A stretch of DNA of 30,934 nt from positions 1 to 30,934 of the forward strand of contig NW_021832363.1 in the NCBI RefSeq assembly GCF_006345805.1, in the 5' to 3' direction. The stretch is from Octopus sinensis (lineage: Eukaryota). The notes beneath the pieces were generated by a model, which was not told where the DNA came from, did not search any database, and saw only the letters and a program-made list of their open reading frames with translations. Made by a program: the position numbers and the translations under genes. Of this stretch, positions 1 through 10,446 are shown piece after piece. The stretch's first letter is position 1. The number at the start of each line of letters is the position of its first letter.

Positions 1-50
1 CATACACCACACCACACACACAGATATATATATATATATATATATATATA
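1..50. repeat. (CA)n/(TA)n microsatellite
   Basis: Direct reading. Confidence 0.9.
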
Positions 51-1003
51 CTTACAACTAATTGTACGAGAGCATTCATTTACAAATTCCAGTTTGCGTA
101 TACACCTTTATACACCAATAAGTAAGTAGATGGATGCACGTATATAAACGTAAGAATGTGCATCTGATCTGCAAGTATGTATAAATACAATATGTACATG
201 TAAGTATTCACTTGGAAGTATGCACCACAGCTTTATACCTCAATGAAGATGGTATTTATTTCAAACCTGTTTGATCTCCTCCGACAATATGATATTACTC
301 TTAGAAAACCGATTTGCTGTGTTCATCTGTCATAATACGATATTTCAGATTAAAAGAGGTTTAATACCGTTAATACATTCAATATTACTTGCATAATCCA
401 TTATTTCTGGCAGCAATCTTTTAATTCTTTGAAGCAAAATAATATTTTTATGACGTCCGCTTATATCTTTTAATTTTATTTTTCAGAACATATTCTTATT
501 ATTTCCGCCATTTTCCACTTTTCTTCGCCTTTTTCCGTCCTTCTCCGCCTTTCTCATATTTTCGTATTTCTCCTTCGCTTTTAAAGTTCTATTTTTTTTT
601 TCAAAGCTTTTCCTTGTATTAATATATTTTATCCTTTCCTATCAGCTTTTTTTTCTCTCTCTTACATAACGCATTTAGCAGGCGCTTCTTAATTTTCTAC
701 GCTGACCATCACCGAATTTATCTCACTTTTACTGTATCCTCTTCAACATTCCCCGCTTCCCACCCTAATATTCCGATGTTCTTCGGCTTTTCTCTATCTT
801 CGGGTAATGTTTTTCTCTGACTATTTTTTTCACCGCGGCTTTCTTCGAGTTCTTTCTACTTTTCCTTTTTAATGTTTCTCTTATTCCTTTTTATCAACTT
901 TGTGCATTCCTTATTTGTGGACATTTTCCATAGTCTTCATCGATTTTCTCTATATTTCATTGGCTTCTCCCAGTATTTCTTCTGCTTCCTACGTCTTTCC
1001 TAT

Positions 1004-1043
1004 GGCATTCTTCGGCATTCTTCGGCATTCTTCGGCATTCTTC
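1004..1043. repeat. 10-bp tandem repeat GGCATTCTTC x4
   Basis: Four perfect consecutive units. Confidence 0.9.
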
Positions 1044-1147
1044 GGCTTTCGAACCCTTCTGCTTGTAATTCCTCACTTTCATAGCTTCGATATTTCCTTA
1101 TTTAATTCATACCTTTCCTTTTTGTTCGTGTTCTTCCTTTCGTTCTG

Positions 1148-1180
1148 GTTGTTGTTGTTGTTGTTGTCGTTATTGTTCTT

Positions 1181-1272
<92 letters not shown>

Positions 1273-1290
1273 GCTGCTGCTGTTTCTTGT
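1148..1290. repeat. Compound triplet microsatellite (GTT)n/(TAC)n/(TGC)n
   Basis: Direct reading; explains the poly-L/Y/C stretch of ORF 900..1367. Confidence 0.95.
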
Positions 1291-1744
1291 TGTTTGGCAG
1301 AGATCGTTCCGGACAGAGTGAAGACGTGACCCAAGACATTCCTGTCGTAACCACCTCGTTTAGTTAATAGTTATCAGGGCACTATCCAAATGTATGCTTT
1401 CCTGTTCATAGACATTAGGCTACCATTTGACGGAGATTTGGCTGCTGTTTCTAGCACGTCGAATGAACACATAAACATTCCCCCTTTTTTTTTACTCCCT
1501 TTTTTATCGGGTATTATTGTAATGTATCATGACGGTTATACTTTTTGCTTTATTGGTTAATGGTTATGATACTGGTGGAGTTGTTAGTGGTGGCTGTCGT
1601 CTTTGCAACGATTGTGATATTGTGGTGTTGTGGTGGGCCAGTGTGTATTTCGACAATGGAAGAGGTGTTCTGTGTGGTGGCTGTTAGTCGTTCTAATGTT
1701 CAATTTGCGCTTGTTAAGCTCCAGTTATGTCCACACGGTCAACA

Positions 1745-2112
1745 GAGTTCAAGCCGTGATCATGTCAGACTCAATAGACGAAAGTTCCAGTTGACCTGAT
1801 CAACAGAACAACCTGCTAATGAAATTAACGTGCAAGTGGCTGAGTATTCCACAGACACCTGTACCCTTAACGTAGTTCTCTGGGAGATTCAGCGTGACGC
1901 AGAGTGTGACACGGCTAAAATACAGAAACAGGAAGAAAGAGTGAGAGGAAGTTGTGGTGAAATAATACAGCAGAGTTCACCACCACCCTCTGCCGGAGAC
2001 TCGTGGAGCTTTAGGTATTTTCGCTTTAGGTATTTTCGCCCAGTCTGGGGATCGAAACCACGATCCTATGACCGCGAGTCCGCTGCCCTAACCACTGGGC
2101 CATTGCGCCTCC
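1745..2112 (-). mobile_element. tRNA-derived SINE (family B head with an alternative 3' body)
   Basis: Reverse complement starts GTGGAGGCGCAATGGCCCAGTGGTTAGGGCAGCGGACTCGCGGTC...GGTTTCGATC (A and B boxes). 1935-2112 aligns with 11270-11455. Including 1745-1930 rests on recall of an octopus repeat. Internal 15-bp tandem duplication at 2009-2038. Confidence 0.75.
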
Positions 2113-2789
2113 ACAGACTAAATATATTTAATACTTCATTATTCTTTTTAAAGAGAGAATGCCGTAATTCGAAGAAAATATTGGCTGCTATTTCTTACAG
2201 TTTCGTGTTTCTATGTGTAAGTCTCTTGAGGTTCTGCAGAAGTATTTCTGTAATTGTCTTATTTTCTATGAGATTTTAAGAAAAGCAATGCAATACAGTT
2301 ACACGTAGCTTCCCTAGTGGTGACAGCTATTATAAGGGAGATAATCATTTCTTCGTAATATGAAGCGGGATTAGTATTTTGAAAAAAATACGAGAAAGAG
2401 ATGCATAAAATGCAGGTATATAAATATTTTTTGTTCACGTATTTTGAAGTCCTTAAAATCTCTAGCTAATGATAAACTTGTGCACCACTATTTCATTCTT
2501 TTTAGAAATTGTCAGAATGGTGTTACCTGCGTATTATACAATACAGTAAATTACAATACAAAGCAATACCACACAATACAGTGCAATACGATATAATATG
2601 GCACAATACGGTCCATTAGAATCGTCCATAATGTTTTCTCTCTCCGGTAACCACATATGGCTTAATAGCAGAAAATGATTTTTTTCTTCGAATAAATGAA
2701 GAAATTTCGTTGTACTTTCGTGGAACTGTAGACAAAACATGCTAGTACATCCATGGCTGTAGGTATTCGTCTCAAAATTTGGCAAAAGA

Positions 2790-2915
2790 CCAAAAGTTTC
2801 GAGGTGGGGGTAGGGTTAAGTCGTTTACATGAACCCCAATGTTCAACTAGTACTTTATTGAAAGGCAAAACCAACCTCGGCGAAATTTGAACTCAGAACG
2901 TAAAGACGTACAACA
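2790..2915 (-). mobile_element. SINE family C fragment
   Basis: Reverse complement has TTACGTTCTGAGTTCAAATTTCGCCGAGGTTGG...GCCTTTCA, matching the copies in 8711-9233. Confidence 0.8.
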
Positions 2916-3691
2916 TGACTGTAAATATTGCAGGATATTTTTGGTAGATTAGTGGAGTAGTTCTTCTCTAGCATTTTCTTTTTTTTCTTTTCTTGTTTTT
3001 CTTGTTTCTCCCAGTTCGAGCATACAACATTCGCCTCCAACTTAATAGCTTTTTTGTCATCGCTTGTGGTCATTCGGTGTCTTCTCATATTGGCATTCAA
3101 GCCATGTGTTTCGATGAAATGTATCCTGATGGCATCTTTATGAGAACATTTCTAGCTTTCATATCCTAGCTCATTGTGAAAAAAAAAAGGAAAAAAAAAG
3201 AGAAAATCCATTTTCTACTGACAAGTCATATGCGTTTACTAACGACTGGAAGGGAAGAAAAACGGGGAGAAAGAACGAAAAAGAAAGGAAGAGAGGAGAA
3301 AGAGAGAGAGAGAGGGAGAGAGAGAGAGTGAGAGAAAATATTGTATCGTAAATGTCCTCCATGCAAATCACAAGGCTCACCCAGCACAACTATGATTCCA
3401 GTAGGGTAGCTCAATACTATGCATATTTGATTCATAGTTGATTCGTCTCGAAATATTCATCAGAGATCGTAAATGTCGCAGCTGGCAGTTTATCAGTTAA
3501 AATTCTTTTTTTTTATCAACCTCGGAAGAATCCAATAGACACGATAGTTGGTACAAGTATTAAGTCCACTCTGCATTTTGTGGAAAGTTTTACGACGCGT
3601 CGGTTCAGCAGTTGATTATTGAGCTTCTCGAAAGCGATCGCAGCAGACCTGAAGAATTGTTGAAGAATTAGAAACCATGCTAGCCTAAATG

Positions 3692-3783
3692 TCTTTTATC
3701 TTTTACTTGCTTCAGTTATTGGACTGCGGCCATGCTGGGGTACTGTCGCGAAGGTTTTAGTCGAACGAATCAGCCCCAGGACT
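3692..3783 (-). mobile_element. SINE family A 3' tail
   Basis: Reverse complement GTCCTGGGGCTGATTCGTTCGACTAAA...CAGCATGGCCGCAGTCC...GAAGCAAGTAAAAGA matches 4557-4646. Confidence 0.8.
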
Positions 3784-3784
3784 G

Positions 3785-4135
3785 TAAATGATAAATTAAC
3801 GGAGAGTTCTTGCTTCTCACAATATAAAAACATTTTCATGGCACCAGCAGACAAAATGGAAAAGGTGTTGTCTCGGAGGATAGAGAGGGAGATGCGCTGG
3901 GACAGACACCTTGATTGACGGGGCTCGAACATGCGGACAGCAATCTCCACCCTGATAACGACGAGCAGGGATATGGTTCAGGGGCCAAGAACGCCTGTGA
4001 TCTTAGCTGCCACAGGCTCGACCATAAACCTGTCGGGAGCGACCGATACCTTAATATTTTGCTTTTCTCAGCCTGACGGGGAGCGGAGCCTGGGCTGGTA
4101 GCTGCCAACACCAAGTTGCCGCTGGAGAAAGTGAA
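3785..4135 (-). pseudogene. Decayed 3' end of a CRE-like non-LTR retrotransposon ORF (restriction-like endonuclease region) plus short 3' UTR
   Basis: Joined minus frames give TFSSGNLVLAATSPGSAPRQAEKSKILRYRSL / DRFMVEPVAAKITGVLGP*...EPRQSRCLSQRISLSILRDNTFSILSAG. This resembles the recalled CRE-clade C-terminal pattern (KY...F.P.A.ET.G..G...QRISxAxxRGNA). A GC-rich island with a frameshift and a stop. Confidence 0.7.
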
Positions 4136-4203
4136 GGAGCCTGCTGTGACCACTTGCTCCAGATCCTCCTCAGTACTTACATTTCAAAATTTTGTACTCA
4201 ATA

Positions 4204-4384
4204 TAGGCGCTGAAGTGGCTATATAGGAGTGGCTGTATGGTAAGTAGCTTACTTACCAACCACATGGTTCCGGGTTCAGTCCCACTACGTGACTCCTTGG
4301 GCAAGTGCCTTCTACTTTAGCCTCGGGCCGACCAAAGCCTTGTGAGTGGATTTGGTAAACGGAAACTGAAAGAAGCCCATCGTA

Positions 4385-4441
<57 letters not shown>

Positions 4442-4646
4442 CTGTGTTTGTCCTCTCAACATCGCTTGACAACCGATGCTGGTGTGTTTACGCCCCCGTA
4501 ACTTAGCGGTTCGGCAAAAGACACCGATAGAATAAGTACTAGGCTAACAAAAAATAAGTCCTGGGGTCGATTTGTTCGACTAAAGGCGGTGCTCGAGCAT
4601 GGCCACAGTCAAATGACTGAAACAAGTAAAAAGGTAAAAAGAAAGA
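4204..4646 (+). mobile_element. tRNA-derived CORE-like SINE family A, full length, with internal (TA)n(TG)n
   Basis: Head GGAGTGGCTGTATGGTAAG...GGTTCCGGGTTCAGTCCC, CORE-like CCTTGGGCAAGTG, tail CTGGGGTCGATTTGTTCGACTAAA...GACTGAAACAAGTAAA. Homologous to 10445-10841 and 29745-30303. Confidence 0.9.
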
Positions 4647-4751
4647 GTATTCTCTTGATCTTTGTTGCCGAATCCTTGGCTCAGCCTCGGCAGAACCCAA
4701 CAAAAGCGGTTGTAAGTACTTCTGGGCGGTATCCTCTGCATTACTTCTTCG

Positions 4752-4785
4752 TTAGCGCTTTCGGATCAAAGTGCTCTCTTCAGAC
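4752..4785 (-). ncRNA. Degenerate minimal type I hammerhead-like motif
   Basis: Reverse complement GGT-CTGAAGA-GAGCACTTTGATCC-GAA-AGCGCT-A. Core intact and stem III palindromic (AGCGCT), but stems I and II are poorly paired. Confidence 0.45.
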
Positions 4786-5011
4786 CTTCATTTTGCTTTG
4801 TGCGTTTTTTTAAAATAGCCTTTGACCAGCACCAACAATAACTACCTCATAAATATACCAGCAAATTATACTCTGAACTTTATTGGTAGTTTTACGCCTC
4901 TTTGGTTTAACAGCCGATTACTGAACTTCTGGAAAGCGATCGCAGCAGACTTGAGGAGGTGAGGCAGTACATTGTCCAGATTGCTGTCATTAGAAATCGT
5001 GATATCTCAAA

Positions 5012-5527
5012 TATCTTTTATGCTTTACTTGTCACTTGATTCAGTCATTGGGCTGCAGCCATGCTGGGGCACGTACAGCCTTGAAGGTTTTATGGAACGA
5101 ATCCATTCCAGAGCTTATTTTTTTAAAGGCTAGTATTTACTTTATAGGTTTTCGTTTGATAAACCGCTAAGCTATGGGAGTGCATACAAACCAAAAGCAA
5201 TTGTCAAGCGTTTGGTGGGAGGCAAACACAAAGGCACACTCACACACACACACACACACACACACACGCCACACCACACACACATGCACGCACGCACGCA
5301 AACACACAGACGCATCTCACCACGCGCGCGCACACACACGCACGCGTGCACACACATGCACGCACATACAACGGACTTGAAAAACGATGTCCTGCCTTCC
5401 AAATTCACTGACAAAGCATTGGGCGGCCCAGCGCTATGACAAAAGACACTTGCCCAAGTTGCCGTGCAGTGGAACCGAACCTGAAACAACGTGGCTGCAA
5501 AAGCGAATTTCTTAACTACACAGCCCA
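5012..5527 (-). mobile_element. Older, diverged family A-type SINE with internal (CA)n
   Basis: Tail-like TTTACTTG...CAGCCATGCTGGGGCAC, AAGACACTTGCCCAAG core and GCAGTGGAACCGAACC B-box remnant. Confidence 0.7.
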
Positions 5528-5564
5528 CTGCTCAGGTAGATACACGATCACGATGATGAGAGAT

Positions 5565-5640
5565 TCAGTCCAGGAATCGAAACCAGAATATTTCGATCAT
5601 GAGTCCAATACCGCCTAATCACTAAGCCACGCGCCTCCAC
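5565..5640 (-). mobile_element. SINE tRNA-like head fragment
   Basis: Reverse complement GTGGAGGCGCGTGGCTTAGTG...GGTTTCGATTCC. Confidence 0.7.
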
Positions 5641-5769
5641 GTATCTTATTGTACTATGCTCTGTTATATCGTTCTTTATTGTACTGTACTGATTGACACA
5701 TTCCGTCTACCAAATCCACTCACACACACATATATATATATATATATACCATCTTGAATTTTTTGTCAG

Positions 5770-5916
5770 AGAAATCGACTCCAATGCTTAATTTTTTAAA
5801 GCTTGGTACTCATTCTATCGTTTTCTTTTGCTGAACCGCTGAGTTACAGAGACGCAAACACATTAGCACCGGTTGTCAAGCGGGGACGGTGGAACAATCA
5901 CACACGCACACACACA

Positions 5917-5948
<32 letters not shown>

Positions 5949-5969
5949 TGCACACACACACACACGCAC

Positions 5970-6007
<38 letters not shown>

Positions 6008-6035
6008 CTATATATATATATACATATATATATGT
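5770..6035 (-). mobile_element. Family A SINE fragment plus (CA)n/(TA)n expansion
   Basis: TTTTGCTGAACCGCTGAGTTACAGAGACGCAAACAC...GGTTGTCAAGCG matches 10570-10630. Confidence 0.7.
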
Positions 6036-6061
6036 TCGGATGTATTTGCCGTAAACAAAAT

Positions 6062-6112
6062 ATATGTGGCGTGCTCCAGCATGACCACTGTCTAATGACT
6101 GAAACAAGGAAA
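6062..6112 (+). mobile_element. Family A SINE tail fragment
   Basis: GTGCTCCAGCATGACCACTGTCTAATGACTGAAACAAG matches the family A tail. Confidence 0.6.
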
Positions 6113-6985
6113 ATATTAGACACCTATACCTATGTGGTTGCTTTTGTTGTTGTTGTTGCCGTTATCATTTTTCACGTAGTTTTGATACTATTGTTTTGTC
6201 ATCGTCGTTGCTGTTATTGTTGTTGTTGTTGTTTAGTTATTGTCGTCCTTGCGGTTGCTCTTGTGCTCTCATCTGACCTGTCGAAGGAATGTGACCTGAG
6301 TCACCGAGGACGGAGCACGCAACAGGACGATGTCTGTCGGTTCATTAACACACGCCCTCTCGCCACTCACGAAACCTGCACGCGACGACGAAGAGGCTAC
6401 AAGTATAATATTCTGGGTGGGGTCAAAACTATATACACAAGGGTGAGCACCAGGAATGTCTCTCGCTCTCTATCAATCTCTCTTATTCTCACTCTTACCC
6501 TCACTCCTACCTCTCTACCTGTTTCCCCTCTCACCCTCTTGTATCTCTCTCTCCTTCCTATGTTTCTTTCTTTATTTCTCTGCAGACCTTGAGGTTTCGA
6601 TCTACTATAAACCGGGTTCTATTCTAGTCCGAAATCTTGAACTTAGCAACATAAATCATAAAATATTTCGGTCGAGTTATTTGAAGAACGCACGGCATAG
6701 CAAAATTAGAGGCCATGGTCATGATTTCGATCCCTGCTTGCAGCTAAAATTTTTAGAAAATACATCTTTACATTTACATTCTTTATGTTGTGAAGCAAAG
6801 TCATAAACACCACAACTTCTCATTTTCGTCCATTTGAAAACTTACATTTTACTTTATTTTATTACTTTAATTATGGGTTCAATTATTAGACTCTCGTCAA
6901 GCTGTCTGCGGAGATTGTTGTATTTATACCCAGGTTCACACTGATCAAGAAGAACAACGATCAAAGGGATGCTAACCGTAAGTAC

Positions 6986-7048
6986 CCGATCTTAACTGAT
7001 GAGGCAACGGAAATTGCCGAAACTGACGTCAGTTTTAAAAATTCTCGG
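6986..7048 (+). ncRNA. Type I hammerhead ribozyme (predicted self-cleaving RNA)
   Basis: CTGATGA 6996-7002; stem II GGCAA(7003-7007)/TTGCC(7014-7018) with loop CGGAAA; GAA 7019-7021; stem III within palindrome ACTGACGTCAGT 7022-7033; H17=U7034 (GUU site); stem I TTAA(6992-6995)/TTAA(7035-7038) plus distal CCGA(6986-6989)/TCGG(7045-7048). Confidence 0.75.
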
Positions 7049-7226
7049 AGGATATTTTTCGGACGATTATGGTCCCTGTTAGGGCATACGTTTTCATTCA
7101 GGTGCGTTGACTGCAACATTAGAGTATTTTTAGCTCTTATTTCTAGCAATGTAGGTGGTTTTTAACACCCTAGTCACATTTAGTGACGGTTATAATTCTC
7201 ATTTTTGGTGAAACATTGCAAGCTGC

Positions 7227-7275
7227 TGTTTATATTAACCTTGCGCATATATATATATAATATATATATATATAT

Positions 7276-7330
<55 letters not shown>

Positions 7331-7345
7331 CACACATATATATGT
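7227..7345. repeat. (TA)n(CA)n(TA)n microsatellite
   Basis: Direct reading. Confidence 0.9.
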
Positions 7346-7437
7346 ATATCAAATAATATAAACATCAAATGTGGTTTATATTTGAAAATCATCCGCCGAC
7401 TAAGTACTTTTAAAACCAGTTCAAAATAATAATGAGG

Positions 7438-7810
7438 CAGTAGTGGTGATGGTGGTGAGTGTAATGGTGGTTAAAATGATGGTGGTGGTGGTGGTTCGGT
7501 GGTAGTGATGGTGATAGGGGTTGTAGTGGTTTTGGTGGTGATAATAACGGTATTGTTGTGGCGGTGGTACTGGTGATGGTGGTGGTGGAGGTGTTATGGT
7601 TGGTGACGGTGATAGTGGTGGTGATGATGGCTGTAGTGGTGATGCTGGTGGTGGTGATGATGGTAGTGGCGGTAGTGTCGGTTGTTTTGATGGCATTGAT
7701 GTTGTTGTTGTTGGCTGTACTGAGGAGTTTGATGCGTCGTTGCTGGTATTGTTGGAGTGTTGTTGCTGATGATGATATTAATATTGATGTTGTTGTTGTC
7801 GTTATTAATG
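7438..7810. repeat. Mosaic triplet repeat (GGT/GAT/GTT)
   Basis: Direct reading; source of the poly-V/H/P/T ORFs. Confidence 0.9.
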
Positions 7811-8299
7811 TAAGTTCTTTTGAACAACCTATAAAGAGCCATTCAATATCTGTTAACTGTGATGTTTTTGTTTTGTGATATTAACCATCAATAGGAATAC
7901 GGACAAATTAATAACGTATTCGATCCATTTTTATTGACGATCAATTAACAATTAGCATATCTTCCCCCTATTTAAAATACCCCCTCCCCGGCGACATTTA
8001 TTATGTCTTATTAGAGTAATTGTTATTAGTATTGAATAGTCAAGGTAACTTTAAGTTTTTGTATCGGCTGGTTGTCATTTTTGTCGCTACGAATTAAGGG
8101 CAATAATCTTGAATGCTGACAACATTTACGGTTCATTTGCCTACTTTTATAAGAAAATATTTAAATCAGAATTGAAAATAACCTTTTCTGCAATGGTTAG
8201 AACTAATAAAGAAAAATGACTGCCATTATAATTTCTTTGTTCGATGAAAAAAATTGCATAGAGAAATACTTTCTCATAGAATTAAATAGTGTTGTTGTA

Positions 8300-8587
8300 A
8301 CAACAACACTCCTTTGTTCCTTCTCAAGCCATGACTGGCTCATAAGGGCCGGTTTCCCGGTTTCATTGGCATATAGGTCCCCCCACCCGGACGGGACGCC
8401 GGTTCGTCGCCGGTGTGATGCTAGATGCAGGAGGAAAGAATGAGAGAAAGTTATGGCGAAAGAGTTAGCAGAAATTCGCCATTACCTTCTGCCGGAGTCG
8501 CGTGGAACTTAGGTGTTTAGCTTATAAACACACACACATCACCCGGTCTGAGATTCGACCCTGCGATCTCTCGACCTCGTGTCCGCA
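8300..8587 (-). mobile_element. SINE family B, 5' head truncated
   Basis: Aligns along its length with 11168-11455 (GGGCCGGTTTCCCGGTTTC, GGAAAGA.TGAGAGAAAG, GGTCTGAGATTCGACC). Confidence 0.85.
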
Positions 8588-8710
8588 AATAGAAAGTGTG
8601 TGTGAGCCTTATTTATGATGTTATCTTTTGACTAAGCAAGGTGATCTAAGTTTGACATTATACAGGTTGAACTATCTTATTACATATCTTCATGTTAATA
8701 TTAAGAGTTC

Positions 8711-9233
8711 TGAAGGCGGCGAGCTGGCAGAATTGTGAGCACATAGGACAAAATACTTAGCGGCATTTCGTCTGGCTTTACGTTCTGAGTTCAAATTCCG
8801 CCGAGGTTGACTGCCTTTCATCGTTCCGGGGTCGATAAAATAAGTACCAGTTAAACACTGAAGGCGGCGAGCTGGCAGAAACGTTAGCACGTCGGGCGAA
8901 ATGCTTAGCGGTATTTCGTCTGCCGTTACGTTCGAGTTCAAATTCCGCCGAGGTCGACTTTGCCTTTCATCCTTTCGGGGTCGATTAAATAAGTACCAGT
9001 TACGCACTGGTGTCAATATAATCGACTTAATCAGTTTGTCTATCCTTGTTTTTCCCCTCTGTGTTTTGCCCCTTGTGGGTAGTAAAGAAATAGGTATTTC
9101 ATCTGGCTTTACGTTCTGAGATCAAATTCCACAGAGATCTACTTTGACTTTTAGAGTCGATTAAAATAAATTCAAGCCGAGTGCTAGGGTCGATGAAATC
9201 GAAATTGCTGTCCTTGCGCCCAAATTTGAAACC
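8711..9233 (+). mobile_element. Composite family C SINE (two heads plus a third partial core) with a 14-bp target-site duplication
   Basis: GAAGGCGGCGAGCTGGCAGAA heads at 8712 and 8860; cores with TTCAAATTCCGCCGAGGT and GGGGTCGAT. AATATTAAGAGTTC occurs at 8697-8710 and 9234-9247. Confidence 0.9.
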
Positions 9234-10324
9234 AATATTAAGAGTTCAGGATTAAGTACTGCACTGTTCGTAACCCAACTGAGAAAACAAAATACTACAT
9301 AATATATTTTCATATACTGAAATAAGAGAACATAGAATCAGCGTCGGGGTAGCAGAAAGTGTTTCAGTCTTCTGGACTAATTTCAAAAGACGGTTTGAGA
9401 TTTATCAAAATTATGAGCTGCAAATAGGGAAAAAAAGAATATATGAAACTCTTTTTGATTTGAAAACAGGAAAAGCATCCGATACTTTTTCCTTAAAATT
9501 TGAGTTAATCCATTTACAATAGGATAATATTTTGATATCTCTTTATATTGTCAGGTACAAAGACACTGAAAAACATCTACATTTGAAGAATCATCTACGT
9601 CGAAATGCTTCACCGTTTTTCTCCCATTTACAGATTTAAACACTTTTTCTTAACTTTAAATTTAGCAAAGAACAATTTGCATGTCAGACTGAACGATAGT
9701 AATCTTGCAAACCAAATAAAAATTACTCCACCATCATCAATCCTATCTGAAATCTCCAAGTTTTTCAAAACAAATCACGGCTAACGTTCTCATTAAGATG
9801 TAGTGTAAGAAGTTTTATCGAATTTAAAACATTATACTCTATGGCGCCTTTACTGTTTCGGCATTTTAAACATTATAACTATTTAGTTAATTAATTAATG
9901 CATTATATCATTTTAATCAATATTGTCTAGTGTGATCGCGTGCATTCTTATGAATTTGTAAAATCAAAGATTCATTATTTTCTTTTCAGCACAAGATGTA
10001 GTCCAATAGATTTCTATACACTTACAATTTTCCCCCGGTACTAAAAAGGTTTCTCACTCCTGGCAAAGAAGCTCTATCACCGGAGGACCATTGCAGCGAC
10101 ACTTGGAAAGTTTCTCTTTATCTCAAACCGGGAATTTCTTCGTTCAGCCTTAAAGAATGGAATATATTCTTGTGTTGTTGTTGTTATTGTTGCTGTTGTT
10201 GTTAATGTTGTAGTTGCTGCTGTTTAGTACTCAGGCCTACTCCTGTACAAACAGTTTTAGGATGCTTCATGGGTCTGTTTTAGGATGCTTCAAAGATGCT
10301 TCAGCGATGACAATTATTCCTCTT

Positions 10325-10404
10325 TAATATATATATGTATGCATGTGTATATATATACATATATATACACATATATATATAAATATATAGAATACATACA
10401 TATA

Positions 10405-10444
<40 letters not shown>
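10325..10444. repeat. (TA)n-rich microsatellite
   Basis: Direct reading. Confidence 0.9.

Positions 10445-10446
<2 letters not shown>

Noticed and set aside
2040-2112. tRNA genes at SINE heads (also 5565-5640 and 11380-11455)
   Set aside because: A and B boxes are present but the cloverleaf is incomplete and the heads run into SINE bodies.
2291-2547. 9-bp CAATACAGT direct repeat as a TSD around about 240 bp
   Set aside because: CAATAC is locally repetitive (2535-2610) and there are no convincing terminal inverted repeats.
3345-3477. 12-bp direct repeat ATCGTAAATGTC (3345 and 3466) with a minus-strand CTGATGA
   Set aside because: No valid stem II or GAAA follows the CTGATGA; the repeat alone is too short to call an element.
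3650-3680. CTGAAGA...GAAAC as a hammerhead
   Set aside because: No G10.1-C11.1 closing pair and no stem III or cleavage triplet.
6270-6450. GC-richer island with minus-frame CVNEPTDIVLL resembling a vWA domain start
   Set aside because: It lacks the DxSxS motif and stops soon after.
7024-7031. TGACGTCA as a cAMP-response element
   Set aside because: It matches the consensus, but is better explained as hammerhead stem III; no promoter context is evident.
10027-10148. Minus-strand exon candidate with AG acceptor and GTAAGT donor
   Set aside because: All three frames contain stops.
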